Origin: an uncultured Fidelibacterota bacterium
GTDB taxonomy: Bacteria; Fidelibacterota; Marinisomatia; Marinisomatales; Marinisomataceae
Assembly: GCA_902624575.1 (NCBI GenBank)
Contig: CACNXV010000002.1
Span: 14-64,013, forward strand
DNA: 64,000 bases
Direction of reading: 5' to 3'
Shown here: positions 1-9,939 of the stretch, in pieces
Numbering within the stretch: position 1 is the stretch's first letter
Layout: the number at the start of each line of letters is the position of its first letter
Program-made: the position numbers and the translations under genes
Notes under the pieces: generated by a model
What the model was told of the DNA's origin: nothing
The model's input: the letters and a program-made list of their open reading frames with translations, nothing else
Databases searched by the model: none

Positions 1-91
1 ACGAAATATTTACAAAAAATTCAGTCAAAAAGTTAAGAATTTAAACTATTTGGTATTTGTTTAAAGAAAAACTAACTTTCTGAGCATTTTT

Positions 92-748
92 ATGGTAATA
101 ACTATTGACGGAGCAGCTGGAGTTGGTAAGACATCAACAGCAAAGGAAGTAGCAAAAAAGCTTGGCTTTCAGTACTTTGATACTGGTTCAATGTACAGAG
201 CTGTTACTTTATATTTCCTTGAAAAAAATGTTGATTTCTCCTCAATGAGTGAAGTTGATAAGGCTTTAAATATCATGAAATTGAAAATAGATTTTTCAGA
301 AAAAAATAACATGAAGTTATTGCTTGACGGAAATGATATTAGCTTGAAAATTCGTAATCAGAACGTAACTAAAAATGTTAGTGCTGTGAGTGCTATTAAA
401 TCTGTTAGAACTTTAATGGTAGGTATTCAAAGATCTGTAACTCAAAATGGTAATTTTGTTGTTGAGGGAAGAGATATTGGAACTGTAGTTTTTCCAGATG
501 CCAAGCACAAATTTTTTCTAGAAGCTGATTATGATGCTCGAGCAAAAAGAAGGATGGCAGATTTTATGAAAATAAATGAGGTCATAAATATTAACGAAAT
601 TAAAGAGGATTTGATTGAAAGAGATAAGTACGACAGTGGTCGTAAACTATCTCCATTAAAAAAGCCTATGAACGCTGTAATTATTAATACTTCAAATTGT
701 TCATTCGAAGAACAGGTAGATCAAATTCTAAAAAACATAGAGAGTTAA
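92..748 (+). CDS. cmk: cytidylate kinase
   Basis: 218 aa. N-terminal P-loop GAAGVGKTS followed by FDTGSMYR, as in the Cmk family. Conserved cmk-rpsA order. Confidence 0.9.
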   Translation: MVITIDGAAGVGKTSTAKEVAKKLGFQYFDTGSMYRAVTLYFLEKNVDFSSMSEVDKALNIMKLKIDFSEKNNMKLLLDGNDISLKIRNQNVTKNVSAVSAIKSVRTLMVGIQRSVTQNGNFVVEGRDIGTVVFPDAKHKFFLEADYDARAKRRMADFMKINEVININEIKEDLIERDKYDSGRKLSPLKKPMNAVIINTSNCSFEEQVDQILKNIES

Positions 749-749
749 A

Positions 750-2582
750 ATGAAAGAAAATAAAGAAAATACAAACCAACCTAATGAAGTAGATAATTTA
801 GAAGAAAATGTTGTTGAAAATGAATCAACAGAAGTAGAGCCTAAAGATGTTGAAAAAAATGTCGTTGAAAATGAATCAAAAGAAGTAGAGACAAAAACTG
901 TTGAAGAAACAGTTGTTACAACTAACCCAAAGATTAAAGATTATTTAAACAAAGATTTATTTGCTGATATAAAGCGAATTTCTTTTAGCGATGATACTAA
1001 TTCAGAAGATTCAAATTTAGAAAGTGCTATAACGGAAGATTATCAAGGAACATTTAACGATATATCGGAAAATCAAATTATTTCCGCAAAAGTTATTGGT
1101 ATTAGTGACAGTGATGTCATGGTCGATATAGGATTCAAATCAGAGGGTCTGATTAATAGGTCAGAATTCGATAATAAAAACTTACCTGAAATAGGTTCTA
1201 ACATTGATATTTTTCTAGAAAAATTTGAAGACACGGATGGTAATATTACTCTCTCGAAATATAAAGCGGATTTTATTAAACGATGGGATGAGCTTAAGCA
1301 TTTTTGTGATAGCGGGGAGCCTGTAAATGGTAAAATTATTAAAAGAGTTAAGGGTGGTCTTGTAGTAGATCTAGGTGTTATACAAGCTTTTCTGCCAGGG
1401 TCACAAGCAGATGTACAGCCAGTTAAAAATTTTGATGATTTGATTAACAAAGAGTTCGATTTTCAAATTGTTAAAGTAGATGAAGTCAGAAAAAATCTTG
1501 TTGTTTCAAGAAAAGCTATTTTAGAAGAATCATTAAATGAAAAAAGACAAGAGTTAATGACGCAAATTGAAATTGGAGCTCAACTTCAAGGTGTTGTTAA
1601 AAATATTACTGACTTTGGTGCCTTTGTTGATTTAGGCGGGGTTGATGGTCTAATTCATATTACAGATTTTTCATGGGGTAGAATTAATCATCCATCAGAA
1701 ATTGTTTCAATAGGTGATGAAATTTCTGTTCAAGTCATCGATTTCAACAAAGAAACTTCAAGAATTTCTTTAGGATTGAAGCAGCTTGTTGAAAATCCAT
1801 GGGAATCTATTCCAGATAAATACAAAGTTGGAGACGTTGTAACTGGAAACATTGTAAGCATCATGAATTACGGTATTTTTATTGAAATTGAAAAAGGTAT
1901 TGAAGGCTTAATTCATATTTCAGAAATATCATGGACAAAAAATGTTCAAAACTTACAAGATACATATAAAGTAGGTGACTCCATTGATTCAAAAGTATTA
2001 TTTGTCGATGCCAATGAGCAGAAAATTAGCTTAGGTATTAAGCAGCTTTCAAAAGATCCATGGGAAACAATTACTGAAGATATTAAAGTAGGTGATAAAA
2101 AATCTGGAACAGTTAATAAGCTCACAAAGTTTGGTGCATTTGTCACTTTAACTGATGAGATCGAGGGTTTTGTTCGAACAACTGAATTCCATTGGACTAA
2201 AAATTCTTCTCATCCAAAGGAATTTGTATCAGAAGGTGATTCTATAGATTATATCATTACTGATATACTTGAAAAAGAAAGAAAAGTTCTTTTAAGTGTT
2301 AAGGATTTATCTGATAGCCCTTGGCCTGAAATTGAAACAAAATTTAATTCAGGAGATAAATTAAAGGGTTCATTTGAAAAGATGCTTGATTCAGGAGTTA
2401 TCATTAAATTAAATGATGATATTGAAGGTTTTATACCTATGAGCAAAATTTCTAAAGATCAAAAGAAAGATGTTATTTCAAGTTTAGAAGCTGGTGATAA
2501 TATTGATTTAGTTGTTGTTGAGGTTAAAGCTGAAGAGAAAAATGTAGTTTTAATGCTTGATGAATCAGATGTTACCGATTAA
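750..2582 (+). CDS. rpsA: 30S ribosomal protein S1 with an acidic N-terminal extension of about 95 aa
   Basis: 610 aa. Six tandem S1/OB modules, each with the G..V.G.V....FGAFV.L..IEG.. pattern. Starts 1 nt after the cmk stop. Confidence 0.92.
   Translation: MKENKENTNQPNEVDNLEENVVENESTEVEPKDVEKNVVENESKEVETKTVEETVVTTNPKIKDYLNKDLFADIKRISFSDDTNSEDSNLESAITEDYQGTFNDISENQIISAKVIGISDSDVMVDIGFKSEGLINRSEFDNKNLPEIGSNIDIFLEKFEDTDGNITLSKYKADFIKRWDELKHFCDSGEPVNGKIIKRVKGGLVVDLGVIQAFLPGSQADVQPVKNFDDLINKEFDFQIVKVDEVRKNLVVSRKAILEESLNEKRQELMTQIEIGAQLQGVVKNITDFGAFVDLGGVDGLIHITDFSWGRINHPSEIVSIGDEISVQVIDFNKETSRISLGLKQLVENPWESIPDKYKVGDVVTGNIVSIMNYGIFIEIEKGIEGLIHISEISWTKNVQNLQDTYKVGDSIDSKVLFVDANEQKISLGIKQLSKDPWETITEDIKVGDKKSGTVNKLTKFGAFVTLTDEIEGFVRTTEFHWTKNSSHPKEFVSEGDSIDYIITDILEKERKVLLSVKDLSDSPWPEIETKFNSGDKLKGSFEKMLDSGVIIKLNDDIEGFIPMSKISKDQKKDVISSLEAGDNIDLVVVEVKAEEKNVVLMLDESDVTD
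801..902 (+). repeat. in-frame 51-bp tandem duplication inside the rpsA 5' region
   Basis: Units 801-851 and 852-902 differ at 7 of 51 positions by hand alignment. A partial third unit runs to about 917. Encodes E(E/K)NVVENES(T/K)EVE..K.V twice. Confidence 0.85.
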
Positions 2583-3534
2583 TACTAGACAGTTTAAGAG
2601 AATAGCATATTCTTTTTTAATAGCTTTTGTATTTTGGTTTTTTATCAAAAGTGAGGATACCTATACAGTTAACGTTGACATTCCTTTGGTTGCAAGAAAT
2701 CTGCAAGAACAAAAAACATACAAGGAAGAAGTTCCAGATAATATATTTGTAACGCTAAAAGGAACTGGTAGAGCATTTATATGGTTAAAACTGTTTAGCA
2801 ACTTTTATGATGATTTTAAGGCAGTTATTGACTTAAGCAGCATTACAGATGAATATAATTTTGCTTTAGATTCTTATTACAAAGAAAATCCTGAAAAAAT
2901 TGTTCTTCCATCTTCTTTAAATCTAGAATTTGTAGAGGTACTCTCGCCAAGGAGTATTCAAATCAAGCTTGAAAGATATTTAGTTAAAAAAGTACCGGTA
3001 AAATCACAAGTTTCAATCAATACAGAACCTGGATATATTGCTATTGATCCTATTTTTACTCCAGATTCAATAAGTATCGGTGGACCAGAAGAAGAAGTTA
3101 ACTCTATAAAGTTTGTATCAACTGAAAAAGACACACTTTTAAATCTTATTTCATCGATTAATATCGATGAAGTCCAGATTGAAAACCCAAGCAAGCTTGT
3201 GAGTTTTGACCCAAAAAAAGTGAATGGATTTTTTAATATTCAACCTATCAGTGAAACAATTATTACTGGAATTCCTGTTCAACTAATAAACAAGCCAAGC
3301 GATATTAATGTCTTTGTTAATCCTGCAACAGTTTCTTTAACTATCGTCGGTGGATTAGAACAGATAACAAATATATCACCTTCAGATATTGATGTTATAA
3401 TTGATTTCGAAAAATCTTGGAACCAAGATAAACAATTTTATTCTCCAAATATAAAAATTCCAGACTATCTTCTTGAATGGAAAGATCTCTCTCCAAATAA
3501 TTTAGAAATTTTAGTTATTAAAGAAATAAATTGA
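2557..3534 (+). CDS. YbbR-domain (CdaR-like) membrane-anchored protein
   Basis: 325 aa. N-terminal TM helix (IAYSFLIAFVFWFFI), then repeated beta-rich modules with the YbbR-like pattern V.L.I.G......I...DI...IDF. TTG at 2557 overlaps the rpsA end; ATG at 2560 or 2569 are alternative starts. Confidence 0.55.
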   Translation: MMNQMLPINTRQFKRIAYSFLIAFVFWFFIKSEDTYTVNVDIPLVARNLQEQKTYKEEVPDNIFVTLKGTGRAFIWLKLFSNFYDDFKAVIDLSSITDEYNFALDSYYKENPEKIVLPSSLNLEFVEVLSPRSIQIKLERYLVKKVPVKSQVSINTEPGYIAIDPIFTPDSISIGGPEEEVNSIKFVSTEKDTLLNLISSINIDEVQIENPSKLVSFDPKKVNGFFNIQPISETIITGIPVQLINKPSDINVFVNPATVSLTIVGGLEQITNISPSDIDVIIDFEKSWNQDKQFYSPNIKIPDYLLEWKDLSPNNLEILVIKEIN

Positions 3535-4505
3535 TAGTATTAGGAATAGAAACCTCTTGCGACGAAACAGGTGTAGCACTTTGTAGCGATTTAAAAGTTA
3601 TCTCAAGCTACACAAAAACCCAATCCATTCATGAAAAATATGGCGGAGTAGTTCCTGAAGTTGCTTCGAGAGAACATGAAAAATTTTTACCTGGAATTAC
3701 AAAAAAGGTAATTAAAGAAGCAAATATTTCTCTAAATGATATTGATTATATTGCCGTAACAAATGGACCGGGTTTAATGGGCTCATTGTTATCAGGAATT
3801 AGTTTTGCGAAAGGGCTTTCACAAGGTCTAGGTATCCCATTAATACCTGTCAATCACTTGGAAGCTCATTTAAACTCTGTTTTCATTGAGCATCAAAATC
3901 TTAAGCCTCCATTTATAAATTTACTAGTTTCTGGAGGGCATACTCAATTATGGATTGTTAAGGGTTTATTTGATTATGAATTAATTGGAGAAACACTTGA
4001 CGATGCATGTGGAGAAGCATTTGATAAGGGCGCAAAAAAACTTAAACTTAAATATCCTGGTGGTCCTGAAATTGAAAAACTTGCTATAAATGGAGATAAA
4101 AATAAAATTAATTTTCCTAGACCTTTGAAGGATGATAAAACATATAATTATAGTTTTAGTGGTTTAAAAACATCACTCATTAATTGTGTTGATAAAGATA
4201 TTTATGAAAATAAAGATATTGCAGCAAGCTATCAGGAAGCTATTGTTGATTCATTAATTATCAAGTTTAATAAAGCTTTAAAAAATTATAATATTAATAC
4301 TGGAATAATTTGCGGCGGCGTTGCAGCAAACAAAAGATTAAGGGATAAATTAAAAAAACTAGACTCTGAAATAATTTATCCATCAATGAAATATTGTACA
4401 GATAATGCCGACATGATTGCGTATTTAGCAGAACTAAAAGTAAAAAATAACAATATAGATGTAACCAAAAACTTTACAGCTTATTCTAGAGGAATGGTTG
4501 TATGA
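3531..4505 (+). CDS. tsaD: tRNA N6-adenosine threonylcarbamoyltransferase
   Basis: 324 aa. The N-terminus IVLGIETSCDETGVAL and the HLEAH and GGVAAN motifs are typical of TsaD/Kae1. TTG start overlaps the upstream stop (ATTGA). Confidence 0.9.
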   Translation: MIVLGIETSCDETGVALCSDLKVISSYTKTQSIHEKYGGVVPEVASREHEKFLPGITKKVIKEANISLNDIDYIAVTNGPGLMGSLLSGISFAKGLSQGLGIPLIPVNHLEAHLNSVFIEHQNLKPPFINLLVSGGHTQLWIVKGLFDYELIGETLDDACGEAFDKGAKKLKLKYPGGPEIEKLAINGDKNKINFPRPLKDDKTYNYSFSGLKTSLINCVDKDIYENKDIAASYQEAIVDSLIIKFNKALKNYNINTGIICGGVAANKRLRDKLKKLDSEIIYPSMKYCTDNADMIAYLAELKVKNNNIDVTKNFTAYSRGMVV

Positions 4506-5689
4506 AAAACATAAATTATATTACTATTATTGCTACTTTACTTTTTAATTATGGATGTTCAGAAAATAAAGAAAATGATCAAGTTGTAACAAAAAATGAT
4601 TCTGAAAAAATTATTTTAGAGAGCAATCAAATAACTGATGTATATATTAAAAATATAATAATCTACCCTAATCAGTTTGATAAAAATTCAATCTATATTG
4701 ATACAGAAATTATCAATAATTATGGTATGGGTTTATCACAAGTAGCTCTTACAAATGCTGATCAAATTCTAGCATCGAGTGAAATAGAGTTTGATCCAAA
4801 AAAGAAAAAACATTTCCAATCATTTCTTGTATCTGAAAATCTTGATTTTGACCAGGAATTTGAAATTAGTATTTCAGCCTTAAATAATGAAACTGATATT
4901 ACAAATAATAGATATAGTTTTTTTAGTAATGTAAAAATCGAAAGGCCTAAAGCTGCAATAATTTCAGGAAGTCTTAATTTTAATTCAAATCAAATTATTA
5001 GAAGTATCGATGCAGACTATGATCACTACTATCCGGAAATCAAAAATGGTGAAATGGATATAACAAATTTTTGGTTTAATAGATATGACATAATCATTCT
5101 TGATAATTTTCCAATTAACCCAGTTTCAGATAAGTGGTTAAATCTTTTTTTAAAAAAGATTTATGCTGAAAAAAGTTCAGTAATAATGATTTTGAAACAA
5201 TCTCAAAATTTTGAAGACATCAGTCCATTTTTTCCCATTTTTGGTATAAATATTTCAACAAAAGATGAGCTTAAGTCTGTTGATATAATTCATAAGTTTA
5301 AAAAAAATAGCTTTAAATCTTCCTTAATCAATTCTGAAAATTTCTCAATGGCTCTACGTAATTCAGAGACAAATTTTTTTAATGAAACTATAGATTGGAT
5401 ACTTTCAGATAATGAAATTAAATATTCTTTTTTTAAGGCAAGATCTAGCAATAATATTAATGAACCAATTTTTTTCTATGGGTATTCGAGTTCTGTAGAT
5501 GATAAGATCAAAAGTTTTTTTGCGACAATAGAAGACACTGAAAATACTTATCAAAAAACTCAAATTTTATTTAATCCAGTAAGAGGATATTATTTTGGTC
5601 AGTTTGATATAAAATATCCAGGAAATTATAAAATAAAGATTTTTGATAAAGAAGCAATTGTTGATACTATAAATGTAAACATAATGTAA
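4502..5689 (+). CDS. hypothetical lipoprotein, no recognisable family
   Basis: 395 aa. Signal peptide with lipobox-like LLFNYGC. ATGA overlap with tsaD. Asn/Ile-rich, and I recognise no catalytic motif. Confidence 0.6.
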   Translation: MKNINYITIIATLLFNYGCSENKENDQVVTKNDSEKIILESNQITDVYIKNIIIYPNQFDKNSIYIDTEIINNYGMGLSQVALTNADQILASSEIEFDPKKKKHFQSFLVSENLDFDQEFEISISALNNETDITNNRYSFFSNVKIERPKAAIISGSLNFNSNQIIRSIDADYDHYYPEIKNGEMDITNFWFNRYDIIILDNFPINPVSDKWLNLFLKKIYAEKSSVIMILKQSQNFEDISPFFPIFGINISTKDELKSVDIIHKFKKNSFKSSLINSENFSMALRNSETNFFNETIDWILSDNEIKYSFFKARSSNNINEPIFFYGYSSSVDDKIKSFFATIEDTENTYQKTQILFNPVRGYYFGQFDIKYPGNYKIKIFDKEAIVDTINVNIM

Positions 5690-5708
5690 TAATTGAGTAA
5701 ATTGTGTA

Positions 5709-6974
5709 ATGCTTGACATAAAAAAAATCAGAGAAAACTTAAAAAATATTGAGCAGTCACTTGCTAAGAAAGATAAGGACATTACCCTTAACAAGATTGT
5801 TGAAATAGACAAAAATCTTAAGACTCTAGTAAGCAAGCTTAATAATCTCCAAGCAGAGCAAAATAATAAATCAAAAGAAATTGGAATTATGAAGTCAAAA
5901 GGAGAAGAATCTGAAGACTTATTTTCAGATCTTAAGAAACTTTCTGAAGAAGTTAAATTGCTTGAGAAAGAAGAAAAGAAAATTTCCTTATCTCTTAAAG
6001 AGGAATTGCTCCAGATTCCGAATTTACCTCATTCATCTGTTCCAATTGGTATATCAGATCAAGATAATGTAGTAAAAGTAAAGTGTGACAAAAAAAAGGA
6101 TTTCAATTTTTTGCCAAAAAATCATATTGATCTTGGAAAAAATCTCGATATTTTAGATTTTGAGACCGCTGCAAAAATTTCTGGAAGCGGTTTCCCAATG
6201 TTTAAGGGTAAAGGCGCTTTACTTGAAAGAGCGCTTATTAACTTTATGATTGACTTTAGTCTTAAAAACTATGGATATACTGAATTTTTTACTCCATTTA
6301 TGGTGAAACCCGATTCAGCTTTAACCACAGGTCAACTTCCTAAATTTGACGAAGATATGTACTACATTGAGAAAGATGACCTTTTTTTAATACCAACTGC
6401 TGAAGTATCATTGACCAATATTCATAAAGATGAAATTTTAAAATTTGAAGATTTACCAAAATATTATTTAGGATATTCAAGTTGTTTTAGGAGAGAAGCT
6501 GGTTCTTACGGTAAAGACACAAGGGGTTTATTGCGTGTTCATCAATTTAATAAAGTAGAATTAGTTAAGTTTGTTGAGCCATCAAGATCTTATGAAGAAC
6601 TTGAAATGCTTGTTAACCAGGCAGCTGAGATTTGTAAGTTATTAGAATTAGACTACAGAATTATTGAGCTTTGCACAGGGGATTTAAGTTTTTCAGCAGC
6701 TAAATGTTATGATATAGAAGTATGGGCACCTGGAGAGTCAAAGTGGCTTGAGGTTTCTTCTTGCAGTAATTTTGAAGATTTTCAATCAAGGAGAGGTAAC
6801 ATAAGATTTAAAAATAATAAAGGAAAAGTTGAATTTGTTCATACATTGAATGGTTCAGGTTTAGCTACTCCACGTATATTTGCATCTTTAATTGAAACAC
6901 ATCAAAAAGAAGATGGAAGTATTTCAATACCAGTTGCACTTCAACCTTATTTAGGAATCTCGGAGATCAAATAA
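5709..6974 (+). CDS. serS: seryl-tRNA synthetase
   Basis: 421 aa. N-terminal coiled-coil arm, then class II core motifs (FRRE.GS.G.DTRGL.RVHQF.KVE, GSGLA..R). Confidence 0.95.
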   Translation: MLDIKKIRENLKNIEQSLAKKDKDITLNKIVEIDKNLKTLVSKLNNLQAEQNNKSKEIGIMKSKGEESEDLFSDLKKLSEEVKLLEKEEKKISLSLKEELLQIPNLPHSSVPIGISDQDNVVKVKCDKKKDFNFLPKNHIDLGKNLDILDFETAAKISGSGFPMFKGKGALLERALINFMIDFSLKNYGYTEFFTPFMVKPDSALTTGQLPKFDEDMYYIEKDDLFLIPTAEVSLTNIHKDEILKFEDLPKYYLGYSSCFRREAGSYGKDTRGLLRVHQFNKVELVKFVEPSRSYEELEMLVNQAAEICKLLELDYRIIELCTGDLSFSAAKCYDIEVWAPGESKWLEVSSCSNFEDFQSRRGNIRFKNNKGKVEFVHTLNGSGLATPRIFASLIETHQKEDGSISIPVALQPYLGISEIK

Positions 6975-7673
6975 TTGAGAACAATTTGGGTTTATTCTAA
7001 CATAGCTCTTTGGACATTAATTTTTGGACTTGGATCCTTTTTTACTATTTTATTAACAGGTAAAAAAAAATATTTCAGATTTTTTGCTAACATTTGGGGT
7101 AAAACACTTTCTCTAATTTTTAATATTAATCTTGTTATTGAGGGGGAAGAAAATTTAGAGAAAAATAAGAATTATATTTTTGCTGCCAATCACTGCTCAT
7201 TTATTGATATACCACTTTTATGTGTTGCTTGTAAAAGATACTTAGTTTTTGTTGCAAAAAGTGAATTGAAAAAAATCCCAATATTTAAATCTATTTTAGA
7301 TAGAGCAGGTTTTGTTTTTGTAGATCGACAAAATAATGACAATGCAGTTAATTCTATGAATATTTTGATAAATGATATTTCAAGTGAACCAAGATCTGTT
7401 GGTATTTTTCCAGAAGGAACAAGGTCAAGAGATGGAGTTTTAAAAAAGTTTAAGAAAGGTGCAGCTGTAATGGCTATTAATACACATATTCCTGTTATTC
7501 CTGTATATATATCAGGAAGTTATGAATGGTCTAAAAAAAGTTTTTTTGATTTAACAAGAAGTACAATAAAATTTCAATTTTCAGAACCAATTGATTCAAA
7601 AAATTTTTCTTATGAACAAAGACAATCCTTCACAGATTTAATCAGAAGCAAAGTTGAAGGAATGAAAAAATGA
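6975..7673 (+). CDS. plsC: 1-acyl-sn-glycerol-3-phosphate acyltransferase
   Basis: 232 aa. N-terminal TM helix, HX4D motif (NHCSFID) and FPEGTRS motif. TTG start directly after the serS stop. Confidence 0.8.
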   Translation: MRTIWVYSNIALWTLIFGLGSFFTILLTGKKKYFRFFANIWGKTLSLIFNINLVIEGEENLEKNKNYIFAANHCSFIDIPLLCVACKRYLVFVAKSELKKIPIFKSILDRAGFVFVDRQNNDNAVNSMNILINDISSEPRSVGIFPEGTRSRDGVLKKFKKGAAVMAINTHIPVIPVYISGSYEWSKKSFFDLTRSTIKFQFSEPIDSKNFSYEQRQSFTDLIRSKVEGMKK

Positions 7674-8134
7674 AATATTCACTTGAAATGAATATCGAAT
7701 TAATAAAAAAAATTAAAAAAGATAACCTAAAAATTGTTTTTACAAATGGATGTTTTGATATTCTGCACGTAGGTCATATTCGATATTTACAATCTGCAAA
7801 AGAACTTGGAGACTTTTTAGTTATAGGCCTTAATTCAGATAGTTCTGTTAAAATTAATAAGGGTAAAAACCGACCATTAAACATTTTCAAAGATCGTGCA
7901 AAAATGCTATCAAGTTTAAAAGCTGTAGACTTAGTTATTAATTTCGAGGAACAAACTCCTTTAAAGCTTATTAAAAATATACTACCTGATATCTTGGTTA
8001 AAGGTGGTGATTATAAAATTGAAGATATTGTTGGTTCTGAGGATGTTATAAAAAATGGTGGAAAAGTGATATCATTAGATTTTTATGAAGGTTATAGTAG
8101 TACAAAATATATTAAAAGAATAAAAAAACACTAA
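7670..8134 (+). CDS. hldC: D-glycero-beta-D-manno-heptose 1-phosphate adenylyltransferase-like cytidylyltransferase (stand-alone RfaE domain II type)
   Basis: 154 aa. TNGCFDILHVGHIRYL (HxGH nucleotidyltransferase motif) plus the NSD.S pattern of the RfaE C-domain. ATGA overlap with plsC. Confidence 0.7.
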   Translation: MKYSLEMNIELIKKIKKDNLKIVFTNGCFDILHVGHIRYLQSAKELGDFLVIGLNSDSSVKINKGKNRPLNIFKDRAKMLSSLKAVDLVINFEEQTPLKLIKNILPDILVKGGDYKIEDIVGSEDVIKNGGKVISLDFYEGYSSTKYIKRIKKH

Positions 8135-8172
8135 CTTGATTATCATCAACAATTAAAATAATTTCTGCTCCT

Positions 8173-9927
8173 ATGATATATAAATATAAAATCATCCTTT
8201 CATTACTTTTTATTAGTATTGGCTTAACTCAAGAAGCAACTGTAAAACCAAAAAAACCTTTCATGAATACTGACGATATTTCCTTTTTAGGAACATCGAA
8301 CAGAATTACATCTATTCTTGACGAAGCTAAACAATTTTTATCAGATGCAATAATTGCTGACGTTAACCAGGATACTGTTGAAGTTGTTTACAATATAAAA
8401 AAAGTCTTCGATTTATTGACAGACGTAGAACAAATTGGAGTTAGGGAAGAGCTTGATAAAATTGAGTTTGAAAAATTTCAAACTGACTTCATTAAAATCT
8501 ACACCACAAAGTTAAATACTATTGACAGCTCTTCACAATTTTTGACAGCAGACTTGATCAGAAGAGACATAGCCCAGATTACATCTGAGAATGAATTAAT
8601 TGAAATGGGTACAACAAAATTTACTGTTATTGATGATCGTGAAGGCCATATACCGCTTGTTACAAATTCCCAGGTTGAAAGTTATATAAGATATTTTCAA
8701 GGTAAAGGAAGAAAAGGTTTTAATATTTGGCTAAGAAGATATGTACAATATAAAGAATTAATATTACCAATTCTTGATGAGTATGATCTACCTGAGGAAT
8801 TAATTGTTGTTTCTATGATTGAGTCAGGTTTTGATCCAAAAGCTGTATCAAAAGCAAAAGCAGTAGGTTTGTGGCAATTTATGTATTCAACAGGAAAACA
8901 GTATGGATTAAATAGAAATTGGTATGTTGACGAAAGACAAGATCCAGTTAAATCTACACGAGCTGCAGCTAAATATTTTGTAGATTTATATGAAGAGTTT
9001 GAAGATTGGTATCTTGTGCTAGCAGCTTACAATACTGGACCTGGTAGACTAAATAGAGCTTTAAACTTGCATGAAACTTCAGATTATTGGCAACTTTATT
9101 CTCTTCCAAAAGATACAAAAAATTATATTCCATATTATTTATCATCAGCTATTATTTTGAAAAATCCTGAAAAATATGGTTTCAAAATTCCAAAAGTTTC
9201 TCCTTTGAAATTTGACGAAGTAACCATCAAAAAAAGTGCAGATTTATCTGTTATAGCTAAATCTGCGGATACCAAAGTGAGTACAATTAAAAAATTAAAT
9301 CCTGAATTACGTCAACCTGCCACACCATCAAATGGTCCTTATATTTTAAATATTCCGAAAGGAAAGAAAGACTCTTTTTATGAAAAATTTAATAAAATAC
9401 CGGACAACGAAAAATTTGCTGTTCAGAATGTTGAGCATCGTGTAAAAAAAGGTGAAAATTTAATTTCTATCGCCTCAAAATACAGAGTTCTTGTAGCGGA
9501 TTTACAAACAATTAATAATATATCAAATAAAGACTTCTTGTCGATTGGACAAAGGCTCAAAATTCCTGTAAAGGGAGGTCTTTATTCAAATTATCCCGAG
9601 AAAATTATTTATACAGTTAAGTCTGGTGATCAATTAGGTTTTATTGCTGAAAGATTTAACACTAGAGCTAGTGAAATAAGAAAATGGAATAACATGGGAT
9701 CAAGTTCATTAATTAGGCCTGGACAGAAATTATCATTATTTGTTAAAGGACAACCAGTTAAGGATACTCCGAAGAAAAATGTTTATATTGTCAAGAGCGG
9801 TGATAGCTTAGGAAAGATTGCTAGAATAAACAAAACTTCAGTAAGCAAAATTAAGAATTGGAATAATATAAAATCTGACACAATTTATCCCGGTCAAGAA
9901 CTAACAATTTATTTGAATGATTTATAA
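8173..9927 (+). CDS. membrane-bound lytic murein transglycosylase D-like, with an SLT domain and three LysM domains
   Basis: 584 aa. Signal peptide, SLT catalytic region (MIESGFDP.AVS.A.AVGLWQFM...AYN.GPG) and three C-terminal LysM repeats (H.VKKGENL..IA, YTVKSGDQL..IA, YIVKSGDSL..IA). Confidence 0.85.
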   Translation: MIYKYKIILSLLFISIGLTQEATVKPKKPFMNTDDISFLGTSNRITSILDEAKQFLSDAIIADVNQDTVEVVYNIKKVFDLLTDVEQIGVREELDKIEFEKFQTDFIKIYTTKLNTIDSSSQFLTADLIRRDIAQITSENELIEMGTTKFTVIDDREGHIPLVTNSQVESYIRYFQGKGRKGFNIWLRRYVQYKELILPILDEYDLPEELIVVSMIESGFDPKAVSKAKAVGLWQFMYSTGKQYGLNRNWYVDERQDPVKSTRAAAKYFVDLYEEFEDWYLVLAAYNTGPGRLNRALNLHETSDYWQLYSLPKDTKNYIPYYLSSAIILKNPEKYGFKIPKVSPLKFDEVTIKKSADLSVIAKSADTKVSTIKKLNPELRQPATPSNGPYILNIPKGKKDSFYEKFNKIPDNEKFAVQNVEHRVKKGENLISIASKYRVLVADLQTINNISNKDFLSIGQRLKIPVKGGLYSNYPEKIIYTVKSGDQLGFIAERFNTRASEIRKWNNMGSSSLIRPGQKLSLFVKGQPVKDTPKKNVYIVKSGDSLGKIARINKTSVSKIKNWNNIKSDTIYPGQELTIYLNDL

Positions 9928-9939
9928 TGGAGAATTTTT

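Noticed and set aside
1-91. Possible 3' end of an upstream + strand gene. Frame 1 reads TKYLQKIQSKS and stops at 34-36. A cmk promoter may also lie here.
   Set aside because: The fragment is only 11 codons, too short to identify, and no convincing -35/-10 pair is visible.
1073-1450. Other antisense track ORFs (1073-1450, 1946-2146, 2249-2446, 2958-3194, 5567-5836, 10240-10476, 12465-12686, 15408-15644, 16919-17308, 17417-17632, 21568-21792, 22622-22861, 23605-23892, 25941-26228, 26903-27172, 27450-27818, 30280-30501, 30688-30903, 34757-34939, 36879-37171, 37898-38346, 39936-40178, 40402-40705, 41682-41906, 42407-42649, 43612-43815, 44780-45004, 46291-46638, 47694-47900, 48773-48964, 49022-49210, 49466-50017, 51074-51280, 55547-55765, 57134-57379, 59411-59593, 60094-60381, 60484-60813, 61083-61289, 62348-62569).
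   Set aside because: Each one overlaps a + strand gene with a clear family signature. None shows conserved motifs, an SD or plausible operon context. All are short (60-129 aa).
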